Part shown: in pieces, positions 29,519-38,393 of the stretch
Numbering within the stretch: the stretch's first letter is position 1
How the letters are laid out: each line of letters opens with the position of its first letter
Virus record (IMG/VR): IMGVR_UViG_3300008107_000046
Coordinates: 10,722-74,721 of that record
Source of the DNA: a virus
Length of the DNA: 64,000 nt
Direction: 5' to 3' (one strand)
Translations under genes and position numbers: made by a program
Notes under the pieces: generated by a model
Database searches by the model: none
What the model was told of the DNA's origin: nothing
What the model saw: the letters and a program-made list of their open reading frames with translations, nothing else

Positions 29519-30012
29519 ATTCTATTGTTGTTATCATACTTTAGATCTGTACATGTGAATTTAAAAACATTTGCAAATTTCATATGTAAATCATAAGACC
29601 ATGGAAAGAAATCAATATTTTCGCATTCTTCATTTCCATGATCTTTTCTTCCTGGATTGCATCTCCAATAAATTCTTGCAGATGGTTTAAGTAACTTTAC
29701 TACTGAATTAATTTCTGATATGATTTTATCTCCTGGTCCAAAGTTGATACTACCCAAACAAAAAGCAACATCAAATCTTATGTCTGTTTTGAATTTGTCT
29801 ATAGTTACTTTGTAATCCGCTTCATCAAATGCTGGGTCTATCCCAATTAAGTTTTTAATCTTACCTTTAAATGGGTTTGGTCCACATCCAACATCTAATA
29901 CACACTCATCGTCGGATACTTTATTAATTAAATCCCAACCAGAGTATTTGTATTGGTCTAAATTACTAGACCATTTAGTTGCAAAATAATTATTCAATTC
30001 TTCTTGTTTCAT
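29491..30012 (-). CDS. Class I SAM-dependent methyltransferase
   Basis: Motif I VLDVGCG, 'IGIDP', 'FDVAFCLGSINF', 'LLKP.ARIY'. Confidence 0.8.
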   Translation of the reverse strand: MKQEELNNYFATKWSSNLDQYKYSGWDLINKVSDDECVLDVGCGPNPFKGKIKNLIGIDPAFDEADYKVTIDKFKTDIRFDVAFCLGSINFGPGDKIISEINSVVKLLKPSARIYWRCNPGRKDHGNEECENIDFFPWSYDLHMKFANVFKFTCTDLKYDNNNRIYAEWVRSS

Positions 30013-30589
30013 GAAATTACCTAAGAGAATATTTTTTACTGGAGTTCCTGGATCCCGTTGGAGTGGTATCGCTCAGACATTAGAAACGATGTCTGGTATG
30101 AATACCTCTGATCGTACTCCTGAGCGTGAATACGTTCATCATAGTTATACTGGACATAAAGGAGCATATTTTGGACCTGGAATGGAATTTGAACCAATTC
30201 TTGATCCTGATTATATTGATCAGGCATGGGTTAAACCTCAAGGTTGTAAACTTGTTAAAAGTCATGAATGGTCTTATTATCTAGGTCAAATAAAAAATAA
30301 GTTTCCTGATGATTGGATTGTTATGGTTTATAGACCTGACATGAATAGTTATGCCTGGTGGCATGAAGCAGGTGGGTTTCAAATTAAATATCCAAACTAT
30401 ACATCTTATAAAAACAGTGCTATAATGATGTCTGAGATTATGAAACAAAATTCTGAAATATTGAATTTTGGTATGATAAATAAGTGCAAGTGGGAGTATT
30501 TTACTCCAACTTGGATAAATCAAAACTTTGGTCAGAACATTGAAGTGAAAACCGTATTTAATGATATTTTGATTACATTAATTAAATAA
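30011..30589 (+). CDS. Sulfotransferase-fold / non-canonical P-loop protein
   Basis: 'IFFTGVPGSRWS', 'LVKSH', 'IVMVYR' pattern of the sulfotransferase-like fold. Confidence 0.55.
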   Translation: MKLPKRIFFTGVPGSRWSGIAQTLETMSGMNTSDRTPEREYVHHSYTGHKGAYFGPGMEFEPILDPDYIDQAWVKPQGCKLVKSHEWSYYLGQIKNKFPDDWIVMVYRPDMNSYAWWHEAGGFQIKYPNYTSYKNSAIMMSEIMKQNSEILNFGMINKCKWEYFTPTWINQNFGQNIEVKTVFNDILITLIK

Positions 30590-30595
30590 TAAATA
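30590..30595 (+). promoter_or_regulatory. T4-like late promoter (TAAATA)
   Basis: Tandem TAAATA (30583, 30590) followed by an AAGGAG RBS. Confidence 0.55.
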
Positions 30596-30623
30596 ATAGT
30601 ACAATTTAAAGGAGTCTTTAAAA

Positions 30624-31298
30624 ATGCTTTCTGGAAAAGAATTTGTTAAAAAAATTAAGGAAGAGAATGCTGAACTTTTTGAGCAGTCACGCTTGAATGT
30701 TCGTCGTTTCTTTGCTTCAAATCCAAGCAAAGAGCATATGGTTGAGCACTTCCGTGGTCGCATGGTAAACGAAGCAATGAACATGAAGGCAATTGCTGCT
30801 GAAGTTGCTGCTGCTCCTGCATCCATGGACGTTACCGAACTTGAGTTGCTGACCAAGCAAGCACAAGATGAGGCAAAGCACTTCCGTATGGTTAAGGAAG
30901 TTATTGAGCACATCTCAGGCGAAACCGTAGATGTTGATGCTGCATTTGCTGCAGAAGCATCAGCACCACAAGCAAAAGGTGCTACCCTTTTGGATAAGTA
31001 CGGTGCATCTGAAGATCCTGCTGCTCTTGCTGCATACCAACTCGTTGCTGAAGGTCGTGCAGAAGCAGTTTGGAATGAAATGGCAGAATGTGTAGAAGAT
31101 GAGTTTATCTCTTCACGTTATGCTGCTATTGCTAAGGACGAAGGTTTCCATGCTAACATCGGTGGTTGGAAACTTGAGAAACTCGTAGAGGGTGCTTCTG
31201 ACCTTCAAGAGCGTATCCTTGCAATGGTTGCTCAAATGCGTTCTGATCTCCTTGAGATCAGCAACAAGAACACCGCTGTTCCTTTTGCTGCCGTCTGA
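30624..31298 (+). CDS. Ferritin-like di-iron carboxylate protein
   Basis: Ligand set E50, E83xxH86, E143, E173xxH176; all-helical sequence. Confidence 0.82.
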   Translation: MLSGKEFVKKIKEENAELFEQSRLNVRRFFASNPSKEHMVEHFRGRMVNEAMNMKAIAAEVAAAPASMDVTELELLTKQAQDEAKHFRMVKEVIEHISGETVDVDAAFAAEASAPQAKGATLLDKYGASEDPAALAAYQLVAEGRAEAVWNEMAECVEDEFISSRYAAIAKDEGFHANIGGWKLEKLVEGASDLQERILAMVAQMRSDLLEISNKNTAVPFAAV

Positions 31299-31315
31299 TA
31301 GATAATTAAAATATT

Positions 31316-31570
31316 ATGAGTACAGTGGAATTGAGAAGACGTAAAGATAAAACTCGCATAATTAAGTGGGTTAGCGCCAGCACAATACTCATCGCAATGG
31401 TGTTTCATGTGCTGGGGCTAACCCCTTGGAATAGCATCCTACAACTAATTGGTGCTTCAGGGTGGACGTATGTTGGATTTAAATGGAAAGAACGTTCAAT
31501 TATAATGAACTTTCTTCCACAATTTTTTATTATTATACCTGGATTGTTTTACTTATTTTTTATAAAATGA
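31316..31570 (+). CDS. Small three-helix membrane protein (DUF6552-like)
   Basis: 'KW.....L......LG..PWN......G..GW..VG..W..RS.I..N'. Confidence 0.6.
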   Translation: MSTVELRRRKDKTRIIKWVSASTILIAMVFHVLGLTPWNSILQLIGASGWTYVGFKWKERSIIMNFLPQFFIIIPGLFYLFFIK

Positions 31571-32523
31571 CTGAAGAAATTGATGAGTTAAAAAATTCTT
31601 TAGATTTTAGTAAAATAAGAATAGGATCACATAGATGGAGTGTTGAATCTAATAGAGAATTAGAATATATTGAGTGGGATAGTTTACCTGATGATGTTGA
31701 TGAACAACGAGATAACTTAAAAAGGTTTTTTTATGATCGTGATTATGAAAATATTTTATTGATTTTTTTTAAAAGTGGTGCTGGTGGGTTATTCTTATCA
31801 AATTGTCTTGCATTAAGTGATAGTGTTGGTAGTATTTTCATTGATATTGAAGAGAAAATAAGATTTTTTAATAAGTATCTTGAATCTCAAAAAGTTTTTT
31901 GGAATGATTGTTATATAAACAATACTTCACCAGAAGTCCATCAAAATAATAAAGAATACTTTAGAAAAAGATATCATTTTGTTTATGAACATAATCCAAA
32001 ATATATAAAGCATCATTTAAAATTTTGGAGTAATTGTAATGTAATATACTTTACAAATCCAGATTTATTTTGTAAAATACGTCAGTTATTGAAAAATATA
32101 GATGGGAATTTGGGATACATTAGTTATGAAAAAGTCAAAGAAGACTTAGATGATTATCCAATACCAAAAAGTTTTAAGGATTTTTTTAATCTCCCTAAAA
32201 AAACTCAAGAAAGTTTAAAAAATGCTTATAAGAGTGATGAAAATTTAAGCACATTTTGCTTTCTTAAAAACAAAAAGTTATTTTATGTTTGGGATACGAA
32301 TTGGTATTTTTCTGAAGAAGATACTGTAACTCATATTAGAGAACTTTATGATTTATTTGGATTTAAAGATTTTAATGATGAAGTGATACGCGAATTTTAT
32401 AGAAAATGGATTTCAAAATTGGATTATTTTGCAGAGAGAGAAATTCCAGATAATATACAAGAATTACTTAAAGATAAAAAAAATTTTGATAAAGACATAA
32501 CTTCTTTTTGGGATTTATACTGA
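31567..32523 (+). CDS. Sulfotransferase-fold-like protein, 'GAGG.FL.NCL' family copy 1
   Basis: 'FFKSGAGGLFLSNCLALS...YVWDTNWYFSEE...LY...GF...YRKW'. Confidence 0.55.
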   Translation: MTEEIDELKNSLDFSKIRIGSHRWSVESNRELEYIEWDSLPDDVDEQRDNLKRFFYDRDYENILLIFFKSGAGGLFLSNCLALSDSVGSIFIDIEEKIRFFNKYLESQKVFWNDCYINNTSPEVHQNNKEYFRKRYHFVYEHNPKYIKHHLKFWSNCNVIYFTNPDLFCKIRQLLKNIDGNLGYISYEKVKEDLDDYPIPKSFKDFFNLPKKTQESLKNAYKSDENLSTFCFLKNKKLFYVWDTNWYFSEEDTVTHIRELYDLFGFKDFNDEVIREFYRKWISKLDYFAEREIPDNIQELLKDKKNFDKDITSFWDLY

Positions 32524-33307
32524 TGACTAAAGAAATTAAAATTGGATCTCATAGATGGAACTCTAATTCTGGTAGACAACTTGAATATATCAAGTGGCAT
32601 GGTGTTCCAGATAACATAGAATATCAAAGAAAAAAATTAAAAAGATCTTTTTATGATCGTGATTACGATAAAGTTATAATTTTGTTTTTCCAAAGTGGTG
32701 CTGGTGGACTGTTTTTAGCAAATTGTTTGTCTTTAAGTATTTCTGTTTGTAGTTCATTTGTTCATTTAAATGAGAAAATAGAATTATTAAATAAGTATTT
32801 AAATTCTCAAGGGACTTTTTGGAATGATCTTTATCTGAATAATTATTATCCAGAATTGTTTTTAGAACAACCAGAAGAAGGTGTTTGGCACACTACAGAC
32901 GGGTATTTTTTTGTTCATGAACATGAAGGTAAAAATATACCTTTACATTTAGATTTTTGGAATAATGCAAGTATGATTTATTTCAAAAATACAGATCTTT
33001 TTTGTAAAATTAGAAAATTACTTAAAAATATTGATGGTAAAGCAGGTTATATAAGTTATGAACCACTGCTACCTAATAAAGAAGAATATCCTATCCCTCA
33101 TAGTTTTTCTGAATTTTTTAATTTATCTACTAAAGAGCAAGATGATTTAAAAAATGCTTATAGAAGTGCAGATTTATATTCATCATCATTTTTAAAAAAT
33201 AAAAAACCTTTATATGTTTGGGATACGAATTGGTATTTTTCTGAAGAAGATACTGTAACTCATATTAAAGAACTTTATGATTTATTTGGATTTAAAGATT
33301 TTAATGA
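32284..33307 (+). repeat. 95-nt direct repeat (32284-32378 and 33213-33307), one mismatch
   Basis: TATGTTTGGGATACGAATTGG...GATTTTAATGA in both copies; G32339 versus A33268. Confidence 0.9.
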
Positions 33308-33464
33308 AAAAATTATAACTTCGTATTATAGAAAGTGGATATCAACTTTAGATGAATTAAGCAAAACTGCGATACCTAAAATGCTTAATATTGATGAATT
33401 ATTAAAAGATAGGCAAAATTATGATGTTGCAATATCTAACTTTAAAGATATTACAAAAAAATAA
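32523..33464 (+). CDS. Sulfotransferase-fold-like protein, family copy 2
   Basis: Same motif set; contains a 95-nt block near-identical to copy 1. Confidence 0.55.
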   Translation: MTKEIKIGSHRWNSNSGRQLEYIKWHGVPDNIEYQRKKLKRSFYDRDYDKVIILFFQSGAGGLFLANCLSLSISVCSSFVHLNEKIELLNKYLNSQGTFWNDLYLNNYYPELFLEQPEEGVWHTTDGYFFVHEHEGKNIPLHLDFWNNASMIYFKNTDLFCKIRKLLKNIDGKAGYISYEPLLPNKEEYPIPHSFSEFFNLSTKEQDDLKNAYRSADLYSSSFLKNKKPLYVWDTNWYFSEEDTVTHIKELYDLFGFKDFNEKIITSYYRKWISTLDELSKTAIPKMLNIDELLKDRQNYDVAISNFKDITKK

Positions 33465-34357
33465 TGAAAAAAATATTTTCTTATCTTTGGAGTTCTCATG
33501 GTGTAGAATATAAGTTAATTGATGAACATGAAATAAAAAATGACAAGGAAAGAATATATTCTTATATAAATCCAGATTATAAAAATGTACTATTCATTTA
33601 CTACAAAAGTGGTGCTGGAGGACTATTTTTGGCAAATTGTTTGGCACTAAGTGAACAGGTATATACTTTACATTCTACTTTAGATAGTAAAATTGAGTAT
33701 TTAAATAATTCTTTAGAAAAACAAGAATTATTTTGGAATGATGTATATTTAATACCACCTATAATTGAATATGATACTCCAGAACATGTTCATAAAAACA
33801 GATACACAATAATATTTGATCATGATCCAAAAAATATAAAACTTCATTTGAAACATTGGAATAATCTGGATGTAATATATTTTACAAATCCAGATTTATT
33901 CTGTAAAGTTAGAAGATTGTTAAAAAATTATGATGGTGTATTTGTTAAAGATAGTGTAGAATACATAAAAGATTGTGATGAAAAAATGATTCCATCATCT
34001 ATAAATGGATTTAGTTCTCTTGAAAAAGAAAAGCAGATAAAATTAAAAAATATTTTTAAAAGTGGCGAAAACCTAAACAATTTTTGCTTTCTCAAAAACA
34101 AAAAATTATTTTATGTTTGGGATACAAACTGGTATTTTTCTGAAGATTGTACTATAATGCAAATAAAGGAACTTTATGAACATTTAAATTTTCCAGATTT
34201 TCATGAAGATGTAGTACGCTCTTATTATAAAAAATGGATTTTAAAACTAGATGATTTGAGGTCTAAAGAAATACCTACTGATTTTACTAGTATTATTAAT
34301 GATGAGAAGTACTACGATAAATCCATAGCAATACACGAAGAAAAAACCCCCATCTAA
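33464..34357 (+). CDS. Sulfotransferase-fold-like protein, family copy 3
   Basis: 'YYKSGAGGLFLANCLALS...FYVWDTNWYFSE'. Confidence 0.55.
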   Translation: MKKIFSYLWSSHGVEYKLIDEHEIKNDKERIYSYINPDYKNVLFIYYKSGAGGLFLANCLALSEQVYTLHSTLDSKIEYLNNSLEKQELFWNDVYLIPPIIEYDTPEHVHKNRYTIIFDHDPKNIKLHLKHWNNLDVIYFTNPDLFCKVRRLLKNYDGVFVKDSVEYIKDCDEKMIPSSINGFSSLEKEKQIKLKNIFKSGENLNNFCFLKNKKLFYVWDTNWYFSEDCTIMQIKELYEHLNFPDFHEDVVRSYYKKWILKLDDLRSKEIPTDFTSIINDEKYYDKSIAIHEEKTPI

Positions 34358-34362
34358 AGATT

Positions 34363-34986
34363 ATGAAAAAAATGGTAATTCTTACTGGACCACAAGGGTC
34401 TGGTAATCATCTTTGGTCTAAGATATTCTCACTGCACCCAGAAGTATTTGGGTGGAAGACACTTCTTGATAACTATTGGGAAGCACATAGATTTGCAGAA
34501 CCATTCTGTGAACATTGGAAAGACCCATCAAAACTTAAGGACTTTGATTGGTCTACTCATGACTATTTCTTTACAAGTATTAGTGTTCCTCTTGGTATTC
34601 AAGAAACTAAGTGGGAACCAAACATCATGAAGTTTGCAAATGAAGTTGAGAAACTTGGTATTGAAACTCAGATTGTTGTAATCGGTAGAGATCAAAATAT
34701 TCTCAGACATCAACAGAATAGATTGAGAAAAGAAAGTACTCTTCATCATTTCATGAAACAACTTCCAGAGTTTCGTAATCCAATCTTTTTGAGTTATGAA
34801 CTTCTTTATCTCTACAAACAAGATTATTTGAAGTCTCTGAATGTTGGTATTCCAATTGCTTGGGATGATGATAGAGTAGATGAAATACTATCTAATGATT
34901 CTAATGATAAGTATATTCAACATGTGCAGGAATATTTTCTAGATAATTGTAATAAAACTGGTATTCCATTAAAAACTCCAAAATAG
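34363..34986 (+). CDS. Non-canonical P-loop / sulfotransferase-like protein (GPQGSGNH family, copy 1)
   Basis: 'ILTGPQGSGNH', 'VIGRD.NI...QQ.R.R', 'FLSYE'. Confidence 0.6.
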   Translation: MKKMVILTGPQGSGNHLWSKIFSLHPEVFGWKTLLDNYWEAHRFAEPFCEHWKDPSKLKDFDWSTHDYFFTSISVPLGIQETKWEPNIMKFANEVEKLGIETQIVVIGRDQNILRHQQNRLRKESTLHHFMKQLPEFRNPIFLSYELLYLYKQDYLKSLNVGIPIAWDDDRVDEILSNDSNDKYIQHVQEYFLDNCNKTGIPLKTPK

Positions 34987-34987
34987 A

Positions 34988-35716
34988 ATGGAATGGCAAC
35001 CATTTTTTCCAGCGCGTTATAATTTTAATTTTGAAACACATGATGAAAGAATAATTGATTTTTATTCTAAATTTAAAAATAATAATAAAAACTCAAATTC
35101 CATTTTAATTATTTTTGAAGGAGGTTCTGGTGGAGGATTTCTTGCAAATTGCTTATCATTTAGCAGTAAAATTTCTTCCAAAATTAATAATAAATTAGAA
35201 TACTTATTGGAAAAATTAAATATAATGGATGTTGTTTGGGATGATTTTCACTTAAACAATGTGATAGATGAAAACAATTATTTCTTTATATTAGATCATC
35301 CACTTACAACAAATGTTTTAAAATATCATCTAAATTATTGGAAAAGTCCTACAGTCATTTTGTTTAAAAATCCCACATTATTTTGTAAATTGAGGAGATG
35401 TGTTTGGGACGTTTCTGGGGAGATATGTTATGACCCAAATTATTTGGATGGTCAATTAAAAGATTATAATAAGTTTGGGGAATATAATGATAAAAATCAA
35501 TTATATTCCTTTTGTGATATAAAAACAAAAACTAATTTTTACATTTGGGATACTAATTGGTATTTTTCATCAAAAGATACTATTGAAAATTTGAAGATAA
35601 TTTATCATTCTTTAGATCTTGGAGAATTTGACGAAAAATCTATATTGAAGTATTATAAATCATGGATTAATAAGATAAATTATTTAAAGACTTTACCTGT
35701 TGTAGATAATGAATGA
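34988..35716 (+). CDS. Sulfotransferase-fold-like protein, family copy 4
   Basis: 'FEGGSGGGFLANCLSFS...YIWDTNWYFS'. Confidence 0.55.
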   Translation: MEWQPFFPARYNFNFETHDERIIDFYSKFKNNNKNSNSILIIFEGGSGGGFLANCLSFSSKISSKINNKLEYLLEKLNIMDVVWDDFHLNNVIDENNYFFILDHPLTTNVLKYHLNYWKSPTVILFKNPTLFCKLRRCVWDVSGEICYDPNYLDGQLKDYNKFGEYNDKNQLYSFCDIKTKTNFYIWDTNWYFSSKDTIENLKIIYHSLDLGEFDEKSILKYYKSWINKINYLKTLPVVDNE

Positions 35717-36065
35717 ATATTCAAAGTTAATAAAACTTGCAGAAAGTAATAGCACTACTCAGGATAAACTTGAAGAGTTATCTAAACATGAGCACTATGG
35801 TATAAGATATCGAGTAGCAAAAAATTCTAATACATCATCTAAAATATTGTCTTCATTTATTTGTGATGAAAGTATATCAGTAAGATATGAAACTGCAAAA
35901 AATAAAAATGCTGATGTAAAAGATTTAGTTTCTTTACTTAAAGATAAGAGTTCAATAGTTGTCGATGCTGCTAAAAAAACATTAGAATTAAAGACTGGTA
36001 AAGAAATTTCAACAACAACTACTACTGGGATAAGAAAAGTTAAACTCATTACTGATTATTTTTAA
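35709..36065 (+). CDS. HEAT/LRV-repeat protein
   Basis: Repeats of about 24 aa, 'L..D....VR..VAKN.N'. Confidence 0.65.
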   Translation: MNEYSKLIKLAESNSTTQDKLEELSKHEHYGIRYRVAKNSNTSSKILSSFICDESISVRYETAKNKNADVKDLVSLLKDKSSIVVDAAKKTLELKTGKEISTTTTTGIRKVKLITDYF

Positions 36066-36066
36066 T

Positions 36067-36717
36067 ATGAAAAAACTCTTAATTATCACTGGACCACAAG
36101 GATCTGGTAACCATTTCTTCAGCAGGGTATTCAGTACTCACCCTAAAGTTGGTGGATGGAAAAGTCTCCTTGATAAGTATTGGGTTCCAAGTGATGAAGA
36201 ATACTTCGCTAAGTATTGGGTTCACCCAGAAGAACTCACCGAAAAGGATTTTGATGGATTTGATTATTGGTTGGCGAATGTAAGTTGTCCATTCTTCTAT
36301 GATGGTGTTAGGTATATTCCTAAGATCAAAGAGTTTGCAGAACGAGCACAATCTTTTGGGATTGATGTTCAGATTGCAATTATTGTGAGAGAACCAAACA
36401 TTAATGCTCAGCAGCAACTCCGTGTAAGAAAAGAGATTACAACTCCTATTGCTCAGGATTACTATTATAATACTCTTATTCCTTCTGGATTTAAAATACA
36501 CTTCTTAGATAATGAAGCATTCTTTTTGCATCGCCAACATTATCTAAAGTGGGTGAGCGAACTTTTAGACTTCCCAGTTGATTATGATAATCCTGATATC
36601 TTTAAGTTTATTGTGGATGATCCAAATAAAAAATATGTTAAGTATATTGATGAATATTGGTTGGACAAAGAGGTGTTGGATGGTGTAAGATCGAAGAAAG
36701 AGAGAGGAGTTTCCTAA
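36067..36717 (+). CDS. Non-canonical P-loop / sulfotransferase-like protein (GPQGSGNH family, copy 2)
   Basis: 'IITGPQGSGNH', 'IIVRE.NI...QQ.R.R'; paralogue of 34363-34986. Confidence 0.6.
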   Translation: MKKLLIITGPQGSGNHFFSRVFSTHPKVGGWKSLLDKYWVPSDEEYFAKYWVHPEELTEKDFDGFDYWLANVSCPFFYDGVRYIPKIKEFAERAQSFGIDVQIAIIVREPNINAQQQLRVRKEITTPIAQDYYYNTLIPSGFKIHFLDNEAFFLHRQHYLKWVSELLDFPVDYDNPDIFKFIVDDPNKKYVKYIDEYWLDKEVLDGVRSKKERGVS

Positions 36718-36896
36718 TGAACACTAGTCCACAATTTCCTTATCCTGGATTTCCTTATAAATTACAACATTTGGATAAAAAAGATAAGAAAGTTTGTTAC
36801 TTTGAATGCAAAGAACACCTGGATAAATATCTACTGAGAAATAATCTGAAGAAAAAGGACGTTAACATTGAAATTAATAAAAAAACTAATAAGTGA
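36717..36896 (+). CDS. Hypothetical protein
   Basis: ATG at 36717 with GAGGAG RBS. Confidence 0.55.
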   Translation: MNTSPQFPYPGFPYKLQHLDKKDKKVCYFECKEHLDKYLLRNNLKKKDVNIEINKKTNK

Positions 36897-36972
36897 TATT
36901 AAAGATTATTATTACTTGATTAGATTGAAAAAAAGATTAAAAGGAAAAAAAGATCCGTTTATTTACAAATGA
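36868..36972 (+). CDS. 34-aa micro-protein ending KKDPFIYK (not in the ORF track)
   Basis: TTG start after AAGGA; TGA stop overlaps the carbamoyltransferase ATG (ATGA). Confidence 0.6.
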   Translation: MKLIKKLISDIKDYYYLIRLKKRLKGKKDPFIYK

Positions 36973-38393
36973 TTACTTGGGGAATTTCATCCGAAAGTCA
37001 TAATGCTGCACTTTCTGTTTTTATGAATGATACTCTCATTTTTGCGAGTGAAAGTGAGAGATTTAGTGGTATCAAGAATGATCCTCAATTGAATGATGGC
37101 ATAATTAACTATGCATTATCATTTGGAAAACCAGAATTGGTCTGTTGGTATGAAAACCCATATAAAAAAACACTTAGACAACTTCTTGCTGGTCAAGGAT
37201 GGATCCAAAACGTCAAGAAGTATGTTGATGCTCCGATCAAGTATTATGATCACCATTATACTCATGCTTGTGCTGGTTATTTCACCAGCAAGTTTGACGA
37301 GTGTTGCGTGGTGGTTATTGATGCTATAGGAGAATTTCAAACACTTACAATTTGGGAAGCAAAGGGTAATAAACTAAAACTTAAATTTCAACGTAGATAT
37401 CCACACAGCGTCGGACTTTGGTACTCTGCAATGACCCAAAGGTGTGGATTGAAACCAAATGAAGAAGAATATATCCTCATGGGCATGTCTGCTTATGGGG
37501 ATAAACTGCGTTATGAAAATGATATTTACCGAGATTTTATAGGATTTAGAACTGCGGCATTTAAAAAAAACTTACATAAAGGATGTAAGGATTGGAGACC
37601 AGATATTAATAATACTTTTGATATTGCTGCTGCAACTCAAGACATTTATGAAACAATATTTAGAGATATACTGCAGAAGGCATCTAATATTGTTAAAAGT
37701 AATAATTTAGTTTTGATGGGTGGGTGTGCGTTGAATTGTGTTGCAAATCCAATTGCGTATTATTATTATGATAATGTGTGGATTATGCCTGCACCTGGAG
37801 ATAATGGATCTGCAATTGGTGCTGTGCTTGCACACAAAAAGAAACATATTGATTGGCATGGACCTTATCTTGGATATCATATTAAATCAGTTGCATCAAA
37901 CGAAGAAATTGTTAATCACTTGATGGATCATGGTCTTTGTGGAGTTGCAAGGGGTCGTGCAGAGTTTGGTCCCAGGGCATTAGGTAATCGTAGTTTGCTT
38001 GCTGATCCTAGAGATCCTCAGATTAAGTCAATGGTTAATAATATCAAACAAAGACAACAGTTCAGACCATTTGCTCCTGTGATTATGGAGGAATATGTAC
38101 ATGATTATTTTAGGATGCCTACGAATTCTTCACCATATATGCAGTATGCAGTAAAATGTAGATATTCTAAAAAGTTTCCTGCGATTGTTCATGTAGATAA
38201 GACAAGTAGAGTTCAAACTGTAAATAGACAGCAGAATGCAGAACTTTATGATCTTTTGAAATTGTGGTATGAAAAAACTGGTTGTCCTATGTTACTGAAT
38301 ACCAGTTTAAATATTAAAGGAAAACCAATGGTGAATGACGAAAAAGATTGTAAAGAGTGGGAAGATATGTATAAGGTTAAAGTTTTTATATGA
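36969..38393 (+). CDS. O-carbamoyltransferase (NodU/CmcH/TobZ family)
   Basis: 'H.AA', 'ERFS..K.D', 'HH..HA', 'DAIGE', 'GGCALNC.AN', 'RAEFGPRALGNRS', 'FRPFAP', 'LLNTSLN..G.P'. Confidence 0.93.
   Translation: MITWGISSESHNAALSVFMNDTLIFASESERFSGIKNDPQLNDGIINYALSFGKPELVCWYENPYKKTLRQLLAGQGWIQNVKKYVDAPIKYYDHHYTHACAGYFTSKFDECCVVVIDAIGEFQTLTIWEAKGNKLKLKFQRRYPHSVGLWYSAMTQRCGLKPNEEEYILMGMSAYGDKLRYENDIYRDFIGFRTAAFKKNLHKGCKDWRPDINNTFDIAAATQDIYETIFRDILQKASNIVKSNNLVLMGGCALNCVANPIAYYYYDNVWIMPAPGDNGSAIGAVLAHKKKHIDWHGPYLGYHIKSVASNEEIVNHLMDHGLCGVARGRAEFGPRALGNRSLLADPRDPQIKSMVNNIKQRQQFRPFAPVIMEEYVHDYFRMPTNSSPYMQYAVKCRYSKKFPAIVHVDKTSRVQTVNRQQNAELYDLLKLWYEKTGCPMLLNTSLNIKGKPMVNDEKDCKEWEDMYKVKVFI

Noticed and set aside
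30624-31298. Ferritin-like gene as ribonucleotide reductase beta subunit
   Set aside because: Too short, lacks recognisable NrdB motifs, and no nrdA is nearby.
32284-33307. 95-nt repeat pair as a diversity-generating retroelement TR/VR
   Set aside because: Only one mismatch, both copies are in-frame coding parts of paralogues, and there is no reverse transcriptase in the window.
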